A stretch of 64,000 nt of DNA, taken from the human T2T-CHM13v2.0 reference genome, Homo sapiens. Location: the NCBI RefSeq assembly GCF_009914755.1, contig NC_060936.1; one strand, written 5' to 3'. A program made the position numbers and the translations under genes. Shown here one piece after another: positions 57,113 to 64,000 of the stretch. Below the pieces are notes generated by a model, which saw only the letters and a program-made list of their open reading frames with translations, was not told the DNA's origin and did not search any database. The first letter of the stretch is position 1. The number at the start of each line of letters is the position of its first letter.

Positions 57113-58299
57113 TGTTATTGTCTTTACAGCCAGAAAACAGACTAAAAAATTGATAATTGAGTGTCTTATGTTGGGATACCCCAATATGAGATACCTTACC
57201 TTGGGGAGAGATACCCTCCAAGATGAAATGAGAAATAATTTGTTATAGGTAAGCAATGGCAGCAAGCAAATGAGCACATGAGTGTGACTTCTTGTTGCAT
57301 CTCTGCCTGATACCTCAAAGTATCACTGGCCTTCTCCATGCCCTGGGCTTCAACAATAAAGTGGAGTAGTTGGCTCAACATAGTTCTTTCTATATGTAGT
57401 TATAAGGCTCAAAGGAGCAGTGAAAATGAAGTTAAAAGTTCTTCATAAATATAAGGAATTCATGTTCAAAGCAAATTCTTGACATTTATCATGTGTGAAA
57501 TACTTAATGAATGATTGATTCCATGCTGTATAAAAACACCCTAAAGTTCTGTATTTTGGTTATCTGACCATTTCTTTTCAAATTTCATTTAATGTATTTG
57601 GGAAGAAAATGAATGACACCTAATATCTAGGCAGTTACAGTGACAGACTGAAAATGGAAATTGATATGTTTCCAGGGTCTCCATGTATGCATGTTTATAT
57701 TTGCAAAGTATTATGGAGATGTCTTTTACATATAGTGTAAAAATCCTGTAATTTAGGAAACTAGAGTCAAATTAATTGAACTACAAATTAACTGAGTAGC
57801 TGACTTACAGTGAGCTGAAATTAATGGGACTAACAGTGTTTTATTATGGACTGGAAGCAGCATGTAAAAATAAAGTGACATTTGTAATCAGGTGGGTTTA
57901 AATCTCGGCTCCACCAATAACTATGTAATTTTGGACAAGTTATTGAGTGAGCCTCAGTTTGCTCACATGTAAAATGGGGATAATATCAATTTGGCCATTC
58001 TACTTTGTCATATACACTTTTTTATTCTACTGTGTGAGAATAAAATGTGATCATGAAACTCAAGTCAGAAAGATGATACGGAAGCAATTACAATAGAATG
58101 GGATAAAGGTTCCCACTAGCCTTCCCTTAGAAGGGGAGTCTTACCTAGAATGGGGTGGATGGTGGCAATCTTAATCCAGAGGCCAGTATATCAGTGTTTG
58201 ATACTAATTTCTCTTCACTCTGCTGTCAATTTGCCCTAATTTCCAGTGGAACATTTTAATGAAAGATAGATAATATGTAACCCTAGAAACCAGCAGCCT

Positions 58300-58430
58300 A
58301 TTTTATTATTTTAGAGATGAAGTCTTGCTATGTTGCCCAGACTGTGCTTGAACTCCTGGGCTCAAGAGATCTTCCCCTCTCAGCTTCCTGAGTAGCAGCT
58401 GGGACTACAGGTACACACCACTGTGTCCCA
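58300..58430 (-). mobile_element. FLAM
   Basis: Antisense Alu monomer. Confidence 0.7.
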
Positions 58431-59740
58431 CTCATACTTTATTCTAAAAATTTCCATGGTAGCTAGGACAAGCATACCTATAGTTAGGTGCTCAATAATG
58501 TTTCTAAAAGCTCAAAGATTCTGAGTATATCTTTCCTGAGTTACACCAAAGACACTCTTTACTACTCAGAGTAAGATTATATGATCACAGTGTACCATGT
58601 ACCATGGTGGTACAAGTTCAGGAAATGATCTTTAGGACCTAGTCCCAGCTCTCTGAATTCTGCTGGCCAGGTTACCTTGGGCAAAATTTGCATCTTTATT
58701 TCTTTATCTGCTTATTTGTTTCATAAGTTTATAGTGAGAATCAAATGAGATATTTGAAAATGCTTTGTATATAAGCTTGACTATCAATAGAAGAATTAAT
58801 ATCAAATATGGGAGTTCAATGAAAGAAATTGAGATATATATATGTATATAGGTTAATACTACTGATAGTTAACAATATACAAATTTTAAAGGATTGAGAG
58901 AAGTCTTGCATAAAAGAAATTTTTATGTTTGTCTCAGGATGTTATGGGGGTGAGAAGGAGGAGTATGGAGTTGGGATAAGGAATAGGGTTGGCTGGAAAA
59001 GCTGCCACAGAATTTAGGAATTTAGGAGAACTCCAAGATGACCAGTTCTCTTCATTACTTTTGTTTCCTTATGAAGTCTCTTATGGAAAGGGTGAATCAT
59101 TTGGTCATTACCTCTGATCCTGGTTACCTGGTTAAAATTCTCCATCTAATACTTTGGTTGGATTTGATGAAATAATTTTCTGTAGTAACTATTTGAGTTG
59201 CTTGTTTGGGATTTGCTGGTTTCCTTTTTTTTTTTTTTTTTTTTTTTTTGTCTAGGTGGCAGATTAGAACAACCCGGCTCAGGACCAGCCTATGAGCTCT
59301 CCTTGTTTTGTTGCTGCAGACTGGAGTCCTCCATATCACCAAACTGGGCAGTCAGGCTCACCAATCTGGTGTTAGCTAGAGAAATGCTTGGCGTTACAGG
59401 GTTTGGGTTTTAAATCATCGCAATAGTCAAGACTCTTTATTTGTAAGGAGCAGAAACTATCTTGGGCAATTTATTGTAAGGATGTGAGTATTTTGTGAAA
59501 CCCAAGGGTAAAAGGACAACTGAGTCTAGGAAGATGAGGCCTGGAAGGCCATGAGAAATATCCTCACCCCATACCCTCGCCCTGTTATAGTTTCATTGTC
59601 TTATTTCTCAATCTTTTCCAAGACCAGTGTTCTCTGCATCTCTACACCACAAAGTTAATGTAACCACCTTATAGTTATAATTCCAGAGTCCTGCAAGATT
59701 AACTAGCAGTCTTGTAATTCCAAATTTAAATTACTAGGAG

Positions 59741-60060
<320 letters not shown>

Positions 60061-60569
60061 ATGAGTAGGAGAATCTCACATCTGACTGGTTCAGCTTGGT
60101 CCAGGTGTCTACCCCGGTCCATTCAACAGTGCTCAGGGGGATGAGAAACATTATAGTTAACTACAGGACTTTTGGAGACCTGTCACTATGAGAGGGAGGG
60201 GGCAGGGGACCCTGGAAGTTCTCTGAGAATGAAGAATTGCTATGATCTGGGAAAGCACCCCTAAAGATGCCTTAGTTACATTATTTTCCCTAAGGGAAGA
60301 GGCATTTTTAGTACAGGACAATGGGAAGTCATTAAATATATATCAATGGCTGTTTTTTTTTCTACTGTATCTACAGTCTATATATCCCCAGCACAGACCC
60401 AGGCTCTTGTTTCACACCCCCCCACAGAGAATTCCACACTGCACATAATTTCCTATCTTTGCTATATTTGAGATTTTGAGATGGGGAGCACATGGTTTTT
60501 TTTTTTTTTTAAGTTTTGTCTTTATTGAGATCCTTATTTGTTGAATTATTGTCATTGCTTTTTTCCTTT

Positions 60570-61000
60570 AATTTTTTTAACTTTTAACTTCAGGAGTACA
60601 CGTGCAGGTGTGTTACTGTGCCATGGGGGGTTGGTTGTACAGATTATTTCATCACCCAGGTATTAAGCCTAGTATCCACTAGTTATTTTTCCTGATCCTC
60701 TCCCTCCTCCCACCCTCCAGCCTCTGATAGGCCCCAGTGTGTGTTGTTCTTCTCTTTGTGTCTATGTGTTCTCATGGTTTAGCTCCCACTTGTAAGTGAG
60801 AACATGCGGTATTTGGTTTTCTGTTCCTGTGTTAGTTTGCTAAAGATAATGGCCTCCTTCTCCATCCAGTCCCTGCAAAGAACATGATGTGGCTCTTTTT
60901 ATGGCTGCATAGTATTCCATAGTGTATATGTACCACATTTTCTTTATCCAGTCTATCACTGATGGGCACGCAGGTTGATTCCATGTCTTTGCTGTTGTGA
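60570..61000 (-). mobile_element. Older L1PA 3' fragment
   Basis: Antisense 3'UTR and ORF2 C-terminus (WIKKMWYIYTMEYYAAIK). Confidence 0.82.
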
Positions 61001-61509
61001 CCAGGGAAGCACATGTTTCAGTGCTCTTCTGCAACAACTGAACTGCATAGTGTTCAAGATCATCATTCCAGTCGTGTTTTCTGCTGCATGGGCATTCCTA
61101 CCTGACTCTCTAACGCTATGCAAGGTTCCCCAAATGCCATGCTGTCTCATGCATGTCTTTGTTCCCCCGTTTTTTCCTTTTGTTTGCCTCAGTCTTTCTC
61201 CTCCCTGAAGGTTTATACTATCCTCCCCTCATCTAGGAAGCCCTCTCCCACTCCCATCTGCAGGCTCAGGTAGGTGTCCTTGTTTGTGCTCCCCCGGCCC
61301 TCTCTTGTGGGACTCACTGCACTGTAATGGACTCATTCATTTTCTGGTTGGTTTCTTTCTTCAAGGGGAATATCACAGTTCAACCTATATCACCAGTGCC
61401 TAAGAAGGGCCTGCTACCAGGTAGGTCCTCAAGAAAAGGAAGAAATGAATAAATGAATGAAATGAGCCTCACTTCTATATAGTCTTGGTTTATATTTTCT
61501 AGTCCCTAT

Positions 61510-61770
61510 TATCAACAGTTCTACTGTAGAAGGTAAGAGCACAAGCTCTGATGTCAGACTTTCTGGGTCCATATCCTGTCTCTGCTCAGTTTCCTAGATG
61601 TGTGAACTTGAACAAGTTTACTTCACCTCTTTGTGCCTCAGTCTCCTCATCTGTGGATGGTATAATGACACTTCCTACCTCAGGGTCATTGTGGGGAATT
61701 GAATGAGTTAGTGCATGTTAAGTGCTTAAAGTCTGGCATGTAGATAATTCTCTATAAATCTTAGTTATTA
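61510..61770 (+). mobile_element. MIR
   Basis: gtgcctcagtctcctcatctgt core. Confidence 0.7.
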
Positions 61771-62194
61771 TTATTATCAAACATCTAAATCACCACAAGA
61801 AACTGCAGATCTAGGTATGCTTCCTGAGCAATACATTCTGCAGGAATGGTTAGTGCTCTCAGAAGTCATTGAGCCTCAGGAGAGATGGATGTGGTTTTTG
61901 CCTAGTATTTCTTCCGTTATGTGCTCTAAGAGATAAGGAACATAAGGATATGTTGGGCTGGAGGAATGGGTTAGAAGCTCCACCAGTGGATGCTTTCGGT
62001 AAGAGAGTATGTCTATCATGGTTTATTGTGATTGTATTTGCTTTTAATGAATAAGTGAGCTTTTTGAGGACAGGCAAATACTCGGTGGAATGATTAGACA
62101 TGCGTATTCCTGGGGCCTTCCTGTTCTCAGTCTTGAGGGGTTATGATGGGAAGGTTGGTGACCAGAAATTGTCCTTTTAGAAACAAATGTCCTT

Positions 62195-62625
62195 TTAGAA
62201 ACTATCCTAAATGTCCATCAACAGGTCAATGGAGATACAAAATTGTGTTATATCCTTACAACGAAGGATTACTCAACAAAAAAGAGAAAAGGAACAAACT
62301 ACTGATACATGCTATGACATGGACAGACCTCAGAATCATTATAGTGAGTGGAAGAAGCCAGACACAAGCAACCATAGATTGTATGATTCTATTTACATGA
62401 AATGTCCAGAAAAGGCAAATCTATAGAGATAGAAAGTAGATTAGTTGTTGCAGGATATGGGATAGGAGATGAGGATTAACAGTGAAAATGAAGGATCTAG
62501 TTGGGGTGGAAATATTCTAAAATTGCTTTCTGGTGATGGTTACACAACTTGGTAAATTTATAAGAATCTGAATTGTCCACTTGAAATGGGTGAATTATTT
62601 GAAATGCAAAATATGTCTCAGTAAA
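62195..62625 (+). mobile_element. L1ME/L1MB 3' fragment
   Basis: aaatgtccatcaacagg...gtatgattctatttacatgaaatgtccagaaaaggcaaatctatagaga. Confidence 0.7.
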
Positions 62626-62636
62626 GTATGTGTGGG

Positions 62637-62716
62637 GAGAAAGAGGGAGGGAGGGAGGGGGAGACAGAGAGAGAGAGCAAGAGAGAGAGAGAGACAAAGA
62701 GAGAGAGAGAGAGAAA
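62637..62716. repeat. GA-rich low-complexity / (GA)n
   Basis: Read directly from sequence. Confidence 0.85.
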
Positions 62717-63549
62717 AGGTTGGAGCCAGGCTGTTTGGATCTGAAACCTGGCTCTGCTACTTACTAGCTGTATGATCTCAGGTAAGTTTAACCTCTTTTT
62801 GTCTGAGTTTCCTGCCAGTAAAATTGGGGAAAATAAGAAGTTATTTACCACAGAGTCTTGCTGGGAAGATTGTGGTGATACTTAAAGAGTGCTTAACACA
62901 GAGCCAGGACCCTAGAAAGAACTCAAAAGATATTAGCAATATTTAGCCTACCAAGGATTCAGCACGGACTTAGTTGAACTTAATTCAAATTTTGGATAAT
63001 TTGGACAGTGGCTTGCAGAGGATATTGACTGGTCTTGTGGAAATGACTCCTGGGGAGCCTGAGAGCCTATAGCCTATGATTTGTCAGTCGCATGCAGACT
63101 GGAGGATTGGAACACAGGAGCCTCAAAGATGAAGAGTTTTTTTTCCACCGCAGCAGCATTTACAGAGGCGTCATCCTGCTGCCCATAAATGTGGCCACAA
63201 CTTGCAGCGTTTCAGCCCCAGTTCAACAAGTATTTAGGTAACGCCCACTCCCTGCCAGGCTCTGCTAGGGCAGAGGACAGGTGATTTGGAGGCACAGAGG
63301 AGGGACATCTCACCTTGCCCATGCAGTTTTCTAGAGGATTGATATCTTAGCATGACCTTAGAACCCCTAGAAGTTACCCAGTTGAAGGGGTGCAGAGAGT
63401 TACCCAGGCAGAGGGCATAGCTTGAGTAAAGCCCAGAGGCAATAGGGAGCTTGCTGAGTTCAGTGAAATGAGGATGTGGAAAGCAGAGTGACAAGAAGAA
63501 AGACTTAGGGTCCCAGGGAAAGGCCTTGTGTGCCATGATAAAGAATTGT

Positions 63550-63830
63550 ATTGTAAATAGTGCTGCAATAAACATACGTGTGGATGTGTCTTTGTAGTAG
63601 AATGATTAGAATACATGGATACAGAGAGGGGAACATCACACACCGGAGCTGGTCAGGGGTTGGGGGGCAAGGAGAGGGAGAGCATTAGGACAAATACCTA
63701 ATGCATGTGGGGCTTAAAACCTAGATGATGGGTTGATAGGTGCAGCAAACCACCATGGCACATGTATACCTATGTAACAAACCTGCATGTTCTGCACATG
63801 TATCCTGGAACTTAAAGTAAAAAAAAAAAA
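63550..63830 (+). mobile_element. Short 5'-inverted L1PA (L1PA8-10-like) 3' end
   Basis: ~63550-63608 is antisense ORF2; 63609-63830 is sense 3'UTR plus A-tail. Confidence 0.78.
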
Positions 63831-64000
63831 GTCCATCTAGAGGGAGAAAAGGGGAAAAAACAAAAATAATTTTATTTATCCTGAGGACAATGAGGAGTCA
63901 GTGGAGAGTTCTAAGCAGGTTCTAGATATCTTCCGGCTCAGAAATCTTCAATTAGATGGTCCCAAATGGCATCTACGTATCATACTTTGAGAGAGCCTGC

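Noticed and set aside
59225-59345. T25 tract followed by unique sequence, a possible processed retrocopy
   Set aside because: No TSD, poly(A) signal or recognisable source found
62958-62975. TTCAGCACGGAC resembling an RE1/REST site upstream of a neuronal gene
   Set aside because: Spacing is collapsed and the right half-site (GGACAGCGCC) is not matched
61800-64000. Possible SLC17A8 promoter or first exon
   Set aside because: Gene order is only recalled; no CpG island, exon or VGLUT3-like coding sequence is visible in the window

Overview
Human (hominid) genomic DNA. Bases 1 to ~49150 are the 3' part of SCYL2 (SCY1-like pseudokinase 2 / CVAK104) on the + strand. I traced 15 GT-AG coding exons (exons 4-18 by inferred numbering, ~codon 112 to the stop at 46599-46601), a 12-nt in-frame microexon, and a ~2.5 kb AT-rich 3' UTR with several AATAAA sites. 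The rest is repeat-rich intergenic DNA; from memory SLC17A8 starts just past the window, but this is not visible here. Nearly all other ORFs in the track are translations of Alu, SVA or L1 sequence. I found no new protein-coding system. The notable structures are: (1) an antisense SVA carrying ~210 bp of apparent 5'-transduced DNA inside its TSD; (2) a three-level L1 nest, whose middle element has both ends but two large internal deletions, and whose inner element is a near-full-length twin-primed L1PA with an inverted 5'UTR and an open ORF0-like frame facing SCYL2 exon 5; (3) an 84-bp tail-less snaR-related (ASR/CAS-like) Pol III retrocopy inside an Alu; (4) a Leu at codon 357, where I recall Pro in the reference; (5) a perfect 30-bp direct repeat bracketing the microexon; (6) a deleted Alu that forms a candidate poison exon. 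Repeat subfamily calls come from recalled consensus sequences, not from a RepeatMasker run.
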